Source: Octopus bimaculoides
Taxonomy: Eukaryota
Direction: 5' to 3'
DNA length: 32,988 bases
Assembly (NCBI RefSeq): GCF_001194135.2
Contig: NC_068981.1
Span: 69,831,144 to 69,864,131, forward strand
Shown: positions 22,514-32,988 of the stretch, piece by piece
Numbering within the stretch: the stretch's first letter is position 1
Layout: each line of letters starts with the position of its first letter
Notes under the pieces: generated by a model
The model's database searches: none
Told to the model about the DNA's origin: nothing
What the model saw: the letters and a program-made list of their open reading frames with translations, nothing else
Translations under genes and position numbers: made by a program

Positions 22514-23800
22514 AAAAATATCTTCCAGTACCGTTTTGGCCTCAGCTACAGAATTCATAGTTTTTTTCTGTTCAAAAGAGTTTGAAGGCTGCGGAATAAA
22601 TGATAACAAAATGGGCCGATGCCTTCGGCTACTCTCTGACTTCGGCGCTTAATATTTTATAGAGAACCCATTTCTCTTCCCTAGTAACTATTCGGTCCAA
22701 AGAAGGTTCATTCGAGAGACATGACAGCAAAGAAGAGCACACATCCACTTTTTGCGTACAATTGGACCCGGAAAATTTGTGAGGAACACATTCACCCAAT
22801 TTGATGACTTTTCCGATGGCATGCATGTATCGATGAATGGTCTAATAACAAAATCCATGCTTGTTTACTATTTCCTTAACAGGTACGATGGGACTTTGTT
22901 CCACCAGCGATTTCAGGACGTCCTATCGAGCTCTTTATATCTTCCAGGACCAGGCTCGTCTTCTAGGCTGTAGTTTCCGGCTCGGAATTTCTAGAACCAC
23001 TGTTGACACGGGCTTACACTTACTTTCCGATCCCCATATGCTGCATTAGTAACCCTCGCACTTTCCATTGCATTGTTGATTTATGGGGCGCATAAATCAA
23101 AAACTGCCGTATATGCTTCTTTGTCAGCCCCATTATAGCTGGGGAAAATGTTAAATTCGAACTGCACGCTTCAAAACTTGCACTAAGAATAAGGGCAATG
23201 TAAAATTACTAGCTGCTTTTATAGCAAGTTATGTGGATGGTTTATCCGGTCCTCCTCCAACTTTTAGTTTATGCAATTGAGAAAACGGCTTTATTTGCGA
23301 GATGACCCAATATTTGTAATATCGAATTCCGTATCACTTATCTCTACTTTTATCGAATTTTTTTGGCCATTTTATTATAGATCGTATTAAGGGTTGACAG
23401 AATATTACTTCAATTTCTTCTAATTCATCTATATTTATCATATTCTCTCTAAGTAGATAAAATTCGTTTGCTTAATTTATGTAGATCTAACGAGCTTCAC
23501 ATTACCATGTCTCCTGTCTATGTATTTTTTTTTTTTTTGCTTTTTTGGCGATATTTTACTTTCAGTTAATTTCATTAATTCGCGATGGAAGGATGTCTTT
23601 ATGTTTTTGCGTAACAATTCTTATTTATTTCTACACAATAATTTCGCTGATCCATGCAAAGACCTATCAATATCAATACTTTGATTATTTCCACCTTTAG
23701 CTTACGATCGAATTAGTCTTCAGTAGTTTGATGTGCTATTCTGTGCTTACATTGTGGAACAGAGACGACTTATGTATGCCATGGCTATATGCGACGTTTC

Positions 23801-23819
23801 TGTGTATGTTTGTGTGTGT

Positions 23820-23878
<59 letters not shown>

Positions 23879-23894
23879 TGCGTACGTGTGTGTG
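23801..23894. repeat. (GT)n microsatellite
   Basis: Directly visible. Confidence 0.97.
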
Positions 23895-25058
23895 TTTACT
23901 ATTATACTGAAACTACCCAAATTTTTATGCGTGCAATTCAGGCCGCGTAATCAGCCTTCAGTATGTTCTGTGCAGGTATAAGTATTGTGTTACGATTCGG
24001 GGTTTGTTTCCATAATTTTCGTCATGCAACTCTCCTGACATCGGTTAATATGGGAATTTGCTTTCTCCTAAAACTGTTGTAATCTGCACTGTTTATTATT
24101 TTTATATTTAGATAGGTTATCGTTATGTTTTGCGAGTAAATAACGTTTATAAGATTTTTGAAAACTTCGATTTTTCTGAATTTTTTGGTCTATGATTTTG
24201 TGCATATTTCCGAAATATGTCCAGAATTCACTTCGTCTTTTTCAGAAAACTGAATTACTGGATGTTTATACCTTATGGAATTCTGCATCAGAAGATGCTG
24301 GCAGCACACTTTCTGGTGTGTTTAATTTCCCAGTTACAAAATGACTGTTGATATACTCACTTTGTTGATATACACACAGTAGCCCAAGAAAAAAATTTTG
24401 TAACTGTCTTCCGTAATCCGATTCATTCCTAAGACTCGATATACCGTGTTTTTATTTGAATATGTCGTTAGTTTACAGTGAGTACACTTTAATTCTGAGC
24501 TTCAATCTAAACGTATTTCACGCAAAGCTATGTATTCTGCAGTTCAGAATATGTTTTGAAATGATTCCTTTATCTACCCATCCAGCTGTTAATTACTTCA
24601 GGTGCTGGAGTATCATGTCCTCATTGGATCGTTCAGAAATTATTCATTATATTCTCTGAAACAGTTGTTTGTTTTGTACATGTCTAGCGGTTTTTTCAAG
24701 AGGAATTCGTTGTTCTTTACCGCTTACTTTTGTAGCCTTGCTGATGATAGAATATATTTCTTTTGCTGCAGAATACACTTATACCTTGATATTTAAGGAT
24801 GCTATCTTTCATCTATGTCACATTTTGGACGTTGTATTAAGCATGCAAATAGCGCATATATTCTTTTATTCACTACACTTTCAAATACTTTGAATGTTGG
24901 GTATAAGTTAACTATAACTCGGTAGGATTAAGAAGAGAGCTAATCATATTTATACGTCCTACATTTTTTCAAGAGTCCTTAAGTATTAATTTCCTTTTAC
25001 TGTCATTGTACTTTCAATCTAAAATCTAGTCACGTTTAAGTATGTAGACACGTACACA

Positions 25059-25061
<3 letters not shown>

Positions 25062-25112
<51 letters not shown>
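25062..25112. repeat. (CA)n microsatellite running into gap 25113-26060
   Basis: Directly visible. Confidence 0.98.
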
Positions 25113-26691
25113 NNNNNNNNNNNNNNNNNNNNNNNNNNNNNNNNNNNNNNNNNNNNNNNNNNNNNNNNNNNNNNNNNNNNNNNNNNNNNNNNNNNNNNNN
25201 NNNNNNNNNNNNNNNNNNNNNNNNNNNNNNNNNNNNNNNNNNNNNNNNNNNNNNNNNNNNNNNNNNNNNNNNNNNNNNNNNNNNNNNNNNNNNNNNNNNN
25301 NNNNNNNNNNNNNNNNNNNNNNNNNNNNNNNNNNNNNNNNNNNNNNNNNNNNNNNNNNNNNNNNNNNNNNNNNNNNNNNNNNNNNNNNNNNNNNNNNNNN
25401 NNNNNNNNNNNNNNNNNNNNNNNNNNNNNNNNNNNNNNNNNNNNNNNNNNNNNNNNNNNNNNNNNNNNNNNNNNNNNNNNNNNNNNNNNNNNNNNNNNNN
25501 NNNNNNNNNNNNNNNNNNNNNNNNNNNNNNNNNNNNNNNNNNNNNNNNNNNNNNNNNNNNNNNNNNNNNNNNNNNNNNNNNNNNNNNNNNNNNNNNNNNN
25601 NNNNNNNNNNNNNNNNNNNNNNNNNNNNNNNNNNNNNNNNNNNNNNNNNNNNNNNNNNNNNNNNNNNNNNNNNNNNNNNNNNNNNNNNNNNNNNNNNNNN
25701 NNNNNNNNNNNNNNNNNNNNNNNNNNNNNNNNNNNNNNNNNNNNNNNNNNNNNNNNNNNNNNNNNNNNNNNNNNNNNNNNNNNNNNNNNNNNNNNNNNNN
25801 NNNNNNNNNNNNNNNNNNNNNNNNNNNNNNNNNNNNNNNNNNNNNNNNNNNNNNNNNNNNNNNNNNNNNNNNNNNNNNNNNNNNNNNNNNNNNNNNNNNN
25901 NNNNNNNNNNNNNNNNNNNNNNNNNNNNNNNNNNNNNNNNNNNNNNNNNNNNNNNNNNNNNNNNNNNNNNNNNNNNNNNNNNNNNNNNNNNNNNNNNNNN
26001 NNNNNNNNNNNNNNNNNNNNNNNNNNNNNNNNNNNNNNNNNNNNNNNNNNNNNNNNNNNNTATATATATATACATGTATGTGTGTGTGTGTGTATACAAT
26101 AATCTGGTGTATATTCATATACATATATATGCCCACAAAAATTCGCTGCAGAATATTGCATCACGCAATGATATCAGTCATTTGGAAACAAATCGTACAT
26201 ACAAACGCAGGCACATTGGTGTATTTGTTTTTGTTTGCGATTTTGTGCGTATGTGTGGCTTTCGCTCAATGTAAATAAGTTCACGAATATGGTACTATGA
26301 GTAGAATAATGTGACTTGATTTCAGTTATTGTATAAGTTGGGTACACTACAAAGCAACTCATATATTTCGCACGTATTGACACCCCGGTATATTTTTGTT
26401 GCTGTTTATAAATACCTCATATAATTTCTTCGTAGTTCACAGATTTGTTTATTTACTTATTTTTCGTTTACGACACAGACTACACACAATTATTATAATT
26501 TCACAGAAATCGATTTTTCGAGATATCCTTTGTAATTTAAATGCGTCGAGAATTTATTTCTATCATTTCAGGAATATTTTTTTGTATATTTTAGCTGTTT
26601 ATTCAGAATATTTATCTAACGTTGATTTTACGTGCAAAACATTGTATTCTAAAACAATTGTTGGCCTTCTAACAAACTGAAATATTCTTCC

Positions 26692-26749
<58 letters not shown>
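26692..26749. repeat. (ATT)~19 microsatellite
   Basis: Directly visible. Confidence 0.97.
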
Positions 26750-26845
26750 GGATCGATAAATTAAATAACAGTAAAAAACTGGGATCGATGCAATCGAAGT
26801 TTCTCAACCCCCAAAATTTCAGGCCTTGAGGCTCTAGTAGAAAAG
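26750..26845 (+). mobile_element. 5'-truncated SINE 3' end (octopus-type) with ATT tail
   Basis: GGATCGATAAATTAAATAACAG..ACTGGGATCGATGCAATCGA..CCCCCAAAATTTCAGGCCTTG..TAGTAGAAAAG-(ATT)n matches my recall of the 3' part of an abundant Octopus SINE. Not checked by search. Confidence 0.65.
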
Positions 26846-26944
<99 letters not shown>

Positions 26945-26960
26945 GTTGTTGTTGTTGTTT

Positions 26961-26998
<38 letters not shown>

Positions 26999-27013
26999 GC
27001 TGTTGTTGTTGTT
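26846..27013. repeat. (ATT)33 switching in register to (GTT)~23
   Basis: Directly visible; switch at ~26945. Confidence 0.97.
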
Positions 27014-27509
27014 GCGATTTCAAACACTTCAAGTAAGTTCAGTTCAATATATTTATTTACACCAGGATTGGTGTCTTTCTGCAAAAATTATTTTATTCCA
27101 GCTTGTGAATAAAAATACCAGGAACCTGTTACTGTGTTTGTATGGTGTTTAGCCCCCGGAAGGGTGTTACGCGGCTCCACCAACTAATTTCGGTGGGCGG
27201 TTAACATAATTGAAATAAATACCACACAGCAAAATAGCGGAACGCGTCTTGAAAGAGTTGAGAATAAAGAATTCAACCCTTCACATAAATCAGATAACTT
27301 CTGAAGACTTCCCACCTTTCCCACCTGGCACAATACGTTACTGGCAACAATACACAGGAAGGAGGGTGGGGGGAAATGAAACAGTACAAACTCCAACTTG
27401 TAACAATGGTGGTAGCAGTGACAGCAACGGCGGTAACAGTGACAAAATCAACAGCCGCTACAGTGATAGCTGCAGCAGCAGTAGTAGTGTTTTGCAGTAA
27501 TAACATCAA

Positions 27510-27780
27510 CGGCAGTAGCAATAGTAACAAAAATAACAATGATAACAAAATTGACAACAGCAACAATAATAAAACCAATATGAATAATATCGACAAGGAG
27601 GAGGAGGAGGAGGAGGAGAAGAAGNNNNNNNNNNACAACAACAACAACAACAACAACAACAACGACGACGACGACGACGAGGACGACGATGACAACAACA
27701 ACAACAACAATGGCAGCAGCAGCAGCAACAAAATACAGCAATAACAACGACAACGAGAACATTACCAACAACAAAAAAAC
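27510..27780. repeat. Compound trinucleotide tract (AAC/AAT)n-(GAG)n-(AAC)n-(GAC)n-(AGC)n
   Basis: Directly visible; small gap 27625-27633. Confidence 0.95.
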
Positions 27781-28457
27781 TCTCCCGACAGCAGCAGAGA
27801 CAAGCACGGAACGCATTACCACAGACCTCACAAATAGGGACCAAATAATAACACAAGAATGGAAGTTCATAAAACAAGAGGAAGCAGTTGTGCATCAAAA
27901 ATGACATCGAATACATAGCGAGGGACAAACAATACGGCACCATTTCGGTGCTGTTTAAATCAGAAGCTCTCGTTATGAAACATTCAATGACCCCTTGCAA
28001 AACAATCAAAGTCATTAAGTACCCCTCCTACATGGAGAAACCTATAACTCTGATCCACATTCATAGAATCCCACCAGGATTTGATATGTGGTGGCTTCTG
28101 GGATGCGTAATCGGGAAGGCGATGGATACTGTTTCGATAGAGGCGACAAAAACCGCCAGGGAGGACTGGTCCGGGGTTGACCTGGAGATACTGCTCCAGA
28201 TCTGACTCGAAAATATAAAAACAAAATTCAGGACCACATCCATCTCCAGAAGGGGACAATGATGCACATCATAACGGTGAGCAAAAGGTCGCATTCTTTC
28301 ACATGTGGAGAAACAACTCAGTTGCAAGATCACTGTCTCCAACTGGTACAAATTACAAGGGGTCAAAGCCCTCCACTGCTGCCTACGCCGGGGCGATGAG
28401 CACAAACAACACCAGCACCGGCAAACCACCAGCAACAACACTGAAGACAAAGCTCTC

Positions 28458-28478
28458 CTACACACACACACACACACA

Positions 28479-28514
<36 letters not shown>
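28458..28514. repeat. (CA)n microsatellite within the ORF1 linker
   Basis: Directly visible. Confidence 0.96.
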
Positions 28515-29273
28515 ACAAAAACACGAAGAGGATTATAAACATACACACGAACANNNNNNNNNNAAACATACACACGAACACACTTTCAGCAATCGACCCT
28601 TTATCTTGCGATAGTGAAGATGAAGGAAAACAAAAAAGGTCCAAAATAACAACAAAGAAAGCACAAAAGGAAAACTCCACAAAGCATAACAACACCCACA
28701 ATAAAAAATACAGACACCACTCATGCAAACGTCTCCCCAAAAACAACAACACGAACACAACGCGCACCATCGCTATCATCAGAATCCTCCAAACGCAAAC
28801 AACCTAAACAAGAACAAACACTCCCACACATATCTAAAACTGCAGACACCACACACACACAGCAGACACCACACACACAGCAGACACAGACACAACATTA
28901 ACAGTAACAAGACTATCACCACTGCAGTCAAGCAAAGAAATTAAACAACATCAACATAAAACACCCAACTTCGTACTCATCAAAAGGGACAACGCGGAAC
29001 TGATGGCCCTCGTAACATAAAACACGGAATTTGAAACAGAGAAATGAGATGATATCCGAATCGAACATATTTTGATTACCAGAAGATTTACTTCTGGTGC
29101 AAATGTCGCTCGATTCCTACACAGACATTCCAGACAGCTTTCCGGAGGACGTTGGGACCCCGAATTTGAGATCTGCATCGAGACTCTTAAAGGGGCTCCC
29201 CAAAAAGCCCTTCTGACAATCACAAAACTTCGGCATAAATCTAAATAATCCCTTCTCTCTTCAGCTTGCTAAC

Positions 29274-31249
29274 ACGGCCATATTAAGAGTAGGATCTTTT
29301 TTAAATGTTCGAGACTTGGGGTCGCCTTAGAAGCAGGGGCGCCTGGTCAACGACCTCAGGTCTCTAGAATTGGATATAATTGCCGTCAGTGAGACCAGGA
29401 TTTCTAATACACGCGCGCCGCTCCCTATATTCGACGACTATCAGATCTTTGCATCTATTAGTCGGCTGGGAATGGGATGTGGAGTGGCAGTGCTTTTTAG
29501 GAAAGAACTGGATCTCGAGGAGGGGAGGGGACGTTGGTTGTCCTGAACGTGAGCAATTGTGATGGTAATGTCTTTAGACTGGTTGACGTCGACGCACCTA
29601 CCAGAACAAAACGGCCAGATTTATTTAGGTATGTGAAAGTCTTTTAGGTACCTCTCGTCCTTTACTGTTAGTAGGGAACGGAATCTTGGATCAAAGCTGA
29701 GATTTTGTAGGAGTAGCTGAGAGAAGGAGGAGTGCAAAAGCTTCAAGCACCTGATCAGCTAGTTTTAACTGTCTCATAGATCGTACGTAGGTTATTTACT
29801 AGAAATATCGATAGTAATAGTTATGATGTCCATTTTTTTTAAAACGGTCACCTTTTCAGACCATAATTTGTAATCTGTATGTTCGAGCTAGATAAGACGC
29901 GTAGATTAGGACTGGGGTACTGGAAGCTGACCATGTCGTTTCCGTCACCTAAAGCTTGCAGGGACCGGGTCAGCAATTTAGTTAAGCAGGAGTTGACAGG
30001 GAGTTGTCAACAACAGGTGGTGAGCGGCTTTCAAAAGAGAGATTAGAGTAACATCGATATGGTGTAGCGACGAAGCTATTTGTAATGGCATTGCAACCGA
30101 CGCCCTTGCAGCGAGAATGGCATTAGACCAGTTCTTCAGAGCAAAGCATTGTCAGAGCTATGGTGCGTGCTCTAAGAAACGAAGGGATCAAAGCTACTCG
30201 ATTGGCCCGCGTAGTGGAGGCGCAGCGTCGTAACAAAACCGCAATTCGATTTTGACGGACCGAGACAGACACGAGATGAGCGATTTCAGGCAGATATGTG
30301 AGGCTTTTCACCAGCACTTTGCTCGGCTTTTCAGAGAGAGTGGCGGGGCGGCGATGGTGGCGCACTTCAGTCTCTACGTTGCAGCGTCTTTCGACATCCG
30401 ACGCTGAGCACTGTGAAAGGCAGATAACTTCGGCCGAAATTCAGGATGCGCATGAGGTGCAATTCACCTGGTTTAGATGATCTGCCTTATGAACTTTACG
30501 TAAATATACGAGACTTGTTCTGCGATCTTCTCGAAGCGCTCTATTGCAGCTGAACGGGAGTATTCCCAGTTCTGGGAGCCGAGGCGTAGTGAGGCTGATA
30601 AGGAAAAACATAAACAAGATGGACACATTAGATAACTTGAAGCCCACAACTTTAAGATTTTGGCCAAAGTATTAGCAAATAGGTTGGCGCTTGTAGTCGA
30701 GAATTTGGTTGGAGAGGCGCAAACCTGCGCAATCCTGACTAGGTCCATACACGAAAACTTCATGCGATACATCATAGAAAGGGCAGGGGATAAATCTGGC
30801 TTCGGTGGGGTGCTAGTCAAATTAAATCAATCAAAAGCATTCGATAGGGTCCTCAAAGCGGCTACCTACAGCCCCGTTTGCAGAGGCTGGAACGCTGCAA
30901 TTCACAGTGGCGTCTACTGGGTGCTAAAATTTAATGGAACCGTTTCAGATCTCCAGATCGGTCCGTCAAGGGTGCCCTCTCTCCTCCCTTCAGTAAGTAT
31001 TGACTCTTGAACCTTTTACTGCGGAAGCTGGAACTCCTGTAAGGCATCCCGCTCAAACCAGGACGCAGAAGGGCTGTGTCGGCGTATACGGTCGACATCA
31101 CCGTGATGATGTCGGTCACCTCAGAATTGGAGGTGGTCGGCACATCATTGGAGGAAAATGAAAATTTGACGGGAGTAAAACTTAACCCAGAAAAATCGGT
31201 GCGGTAGCAACTAAGCACCTGGAGAGGCAAGTCACTTCCATCCAATATT
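29274..31249 (+). pseudogene. Tx1/L1-type ORF2: APE endonuclease plus reverse transcriptase pseudogene
   Basis: (ACG)AILRVGSFLNVRDL..DIIAVSETR..GVAVLFRK..LVVLNV..FRLVDVDAP..FSDH (APE). SPGLDDLPYELY..FKILAKVLANRL..QTCAI..LNQSKAFDRV..SVRQGCPLSS..LTLEP..SAYTVDITV (YADD degenerate)..GVKLNPEKS..STWRGKSLPSN. Confidence 0.92.
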
Positions 31250-31894
31250 GTTTTTCGCATTTAGCTCTGTTTCAGTATAAATCTAACCCGTCAATAGTAT
31301 CCTTTTGTTATCCTCACTTTCCTTTGTGTGTTGTATCGTATCTAGTTCACTGATTCGTATGTATTTTTATATCTGACTTTAGTGTAATGTTGCTCCCCAT
31401 AAGTCGTTTTCCTCTTTTCCAAGTTGCTTTAGCACCTTTCATGTTTATTTCTCTGCTAAGCCGATGTACCCTCTGTAGTAATGTTTCCAGCTGTTTATCA
31501 TTTCTAACGTGCAGTTTTAGATTAAACATATATAAGAGGGGGTTGATTGTTTAGCCGTAACATTTGTTTTCACATCCTGTTCTGTTTAGCATGTCAGATA
31601 AAGGTGTCAGTTCAAACAGAAACGGAGTGGAGAGAGCGTGTTTCCCTAGAATATTTCTCTTCGAATGGGGATGGCTTTGGTTTTTATGAGTCTCTTTTTT
31701 AGTCTTGTGCTGTAGCACGGTCTGCCATTTATTCATGGAATGTTTTATATATTTCATGATCATCGGCTCTACCTTGTTCACGCTAGTGTTTCTAGGATGT
31801 ATGTGTGGGGAATACTATCGAAAACCTTTCGGTAATCTTCGATAATTGATTCAGGCAATACTTAAACCCTTCTTCTTTCTGCGACTGTCTTCAT
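31243..31894 (-). mobile_element. R4/Dong-like family B RT fragment
   Basis: FDSIPHTYILETL..VNKVEPMIMKYIKHSMNKWQTVL..ELTPLSDMLNRTG..INPLLYMFNLKLHVRNDKQLETLL..EINMK..TELNAKN; clearly homologous to 12.3-12.8 kb. Confidence 0.85.
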
Positions 31895-31904
31895 NNNNNN
31901 NNNN

Positions 31905-32290
31905 TAGGGGATTTTCCATGCCTTTCTAGTTGTCTTCGATATTATTCAAGCAAGCCTCCGTTGCATTTTGCTTGATGTTTTTGCGTCAGTGATAGGTCTG
32001 TCATTAATTGGATCTCGTTGATCTTCCGGATTGTTAATTTCTAAATCAGGAAAAACAATGATAGGTCTGTCAATATTTGGGTGTCTTTGGGCGTTCTTAT
32101 TGTTAACTTGTAGGTCAAGAGACTTTTCACATTTCTTACTAAGCATTATGACTGAAGATTGCTTGGAATCTTCATGCTTCAGTACAGTTCGTAAGACATC
32201 ACTTGTTGTATTAAGGTACGTCTCAAAGCCAATTTGTGCTGATTTGAAAGATTGTTCGAGTTACACCACGACACTTCCATCTATTTTTCC
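31905..32290 (-). mobile_element. R4/Dong-like fragment, post-RT (thumb to pre-CCHC) region
   Basis: RGVTRTIFKSAQIGFETYLNTTSDVLRTVLKHEDSK..TDAK..KAWKIP (cf. GRGL..IGL..YL....D.L..V..HE..W..KPLHG). It lies 5' of an RT fragment, so it belongs to a different copy. Confidence 0.55.
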
Positions 32291-32344
32291 ATTTACTTTT
32301 TTACGTATTTTTTACCACTAATTTTCATACAGGGGCCGCATTTA

Positions 32345-32520
32345 TCATCATTAGCAGCAGCAGCAATATCACAATCAGCAGCAACAGCGGCAGTGGTAAT
32401 AGTGGTAATAGTGGCAGCAGCAACAGCAGCAGTAGTATCAATAGTAGCATTAGCAGCAGCAGCAGTAGTAGTAGTACTAATAGCAGTTGTAGTAGTAGCA
32501 GCAGTAGTAGTAGTAGTAAA
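32345..32520. repeat. Compound (CAG)/(TAG)/(CAA) trinucleotide tract
   Basis: Directly visible. Confidence 0.95.
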
Positions 32521-32988
32521 TGTGGCTCACGTATGTTTCTTTTTTTTTTGGAGTGGGATGGGATCGATCGGTCAAAAAGAGTTCAAACGTCATCTACTAC
32601 AAGCAGCGAACAACAACAGTGACCTTGACCTGAAGAAAAATTAGGGAAGGACAGACTTACTCTGATCTGTATTATTTGTGAATAGAAAAGTTGTGTTCAA
32701 CCAGAGAGAATCTATTATTATCACACGAAGAGTCAAATTTTCGCAGAAAGTTATGATTTACCAAAGATGGTCTTTTCCATGTCCACACAGAGAGAACTAA
32801 TGTTTTTAGAATAAAAAAAAAGGGATGTTTACTTTTTCGGATACTCAGGGAGAGACAAAAGGATGAGTATTCACAACAGTTGTAGATATTCAAGTTTGTG
32901 TGTTTGAAAACTGTAGATATGTAAATTTGCAAATTTCTCAACTTATTTTGAAGGGAATTTTAAAATACTCACAGGATACCCCCCCCCC

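Larger units (their letters stand above)
21232..23310 (-). mobile_element. Internally deleted mariner interrupted by a nested insertion
   Basis: TA-flanked TIRs TACTGGGTCATCCCATAAAT (21230) and reverse complement TATTGGGTCATCTCGCAAAT (23312). ATG at 23133: MGLTKKHIRQFLIY..QQWF*KFRAGNYSLEDEP..GKVIKLGECVPH..EPSLDRIVTREEKWVLY; [HDNA segment deleted]; YHLFRSLQ..NSVAEAKTVLEDIF; |insertion|; FERG..RLPDKW..EGVYILD*. Confidence 0.85.
27249..29248 (+). pseudogene. Tx1-like ORF1 (RRM-like region, degenerate zinc knuckle, low-complexity linkers)
   Basis: DIEYIARDKQYGTISVLF..YPSYMEKPITLIHIHRIPPGFDMWWL..TVSKRSHSFTCGETTQLQDHC (knuckle remnant ~28290-28335)..ELMALVT*N..GANVARFLH..WDPEFEICIETLKG..KSK* at 29248. 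Frameshifts and microsatellite expansions. The assignment of 27249-27800 to ORF1 is less certain. Confidence 0.7.
27140..31249 (+). mobile_element. Near-complete but decayed Tx1/L1-clade LINE (ORF1 plus ORF2 APE-RT), 3'-truncated
   Basis: ORF1 and ORF2 remnants are collinear (see the pseudogene entries). The 5' boundary is approximate; the sequence breaks off in the RT C-terminal part at ~31249. Confidence 0.85.

Noticed and set aside
3019-26164. Long ORFs of 120-380 aa containing X runs and VCVC/HTHT/YIYI/LSLS tracts
   Set aside because: Artefacts of N-gaps (no stops in N) and dinucleotide repeats.
26761-28015. Poly-I/T/L/C/N ORFs (e.g. 26761-27084, 27273-27731, 27506-28015)
   Set aside because: Translations of trinucleotide microsatellites; no independent gene evidence.
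32531-32629. Minus-strand segment with a good acceptor (TTTTTCTTCAG) and GTGAGC donor
   Set aside because: Stops in all three frames; cannot support a coding exon, and a non-coding exon is untestable here.

Overview
Eukaryotic, AT-rich, gene-poor draft-assembly window with about 10 N-gaps, most bordering microsatellites. SINE fragments and repeat content suggest a cephalopod, probably Octopus (inferred from recalled SINE consensus, not from a search). I found no confident host protein-coding gene; nearly all listed ORFs are gap, microsatellite or antisense-TE artefacts. The window is a layered record of decayed transposons. It holds: two Tx1/L1-like elements on + (a near-complete ORF1+ORF2 pseudo-element at ~27.1-31.2 kb, and an ORF1-only copy with a 3'UTR and AATAAA at ~0.27-1.38 kb); seven R4/Dong-like (RLE-type) non-LTR fragments, all on -, including a four-piece head-to-tail stack around an (ATT)16 tract at 16.1-18.7 kb; a full-length decayed mariner (9396-10679); a second mariner (21232-23310) split by a nested 1.1-kb TIR element; a mariner 3' end; a probable hAT remnant; SINE fragments; and many simple repeats. 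The best leads are the HAL1-like ORF1-only element, the TAA-associated Dong stack with a duplicated CCHC/RHD segment, repeated loss of the RT catalytic core, and the nested TIR element. All motif calls are by-eye translations and most boundaries are approximate.
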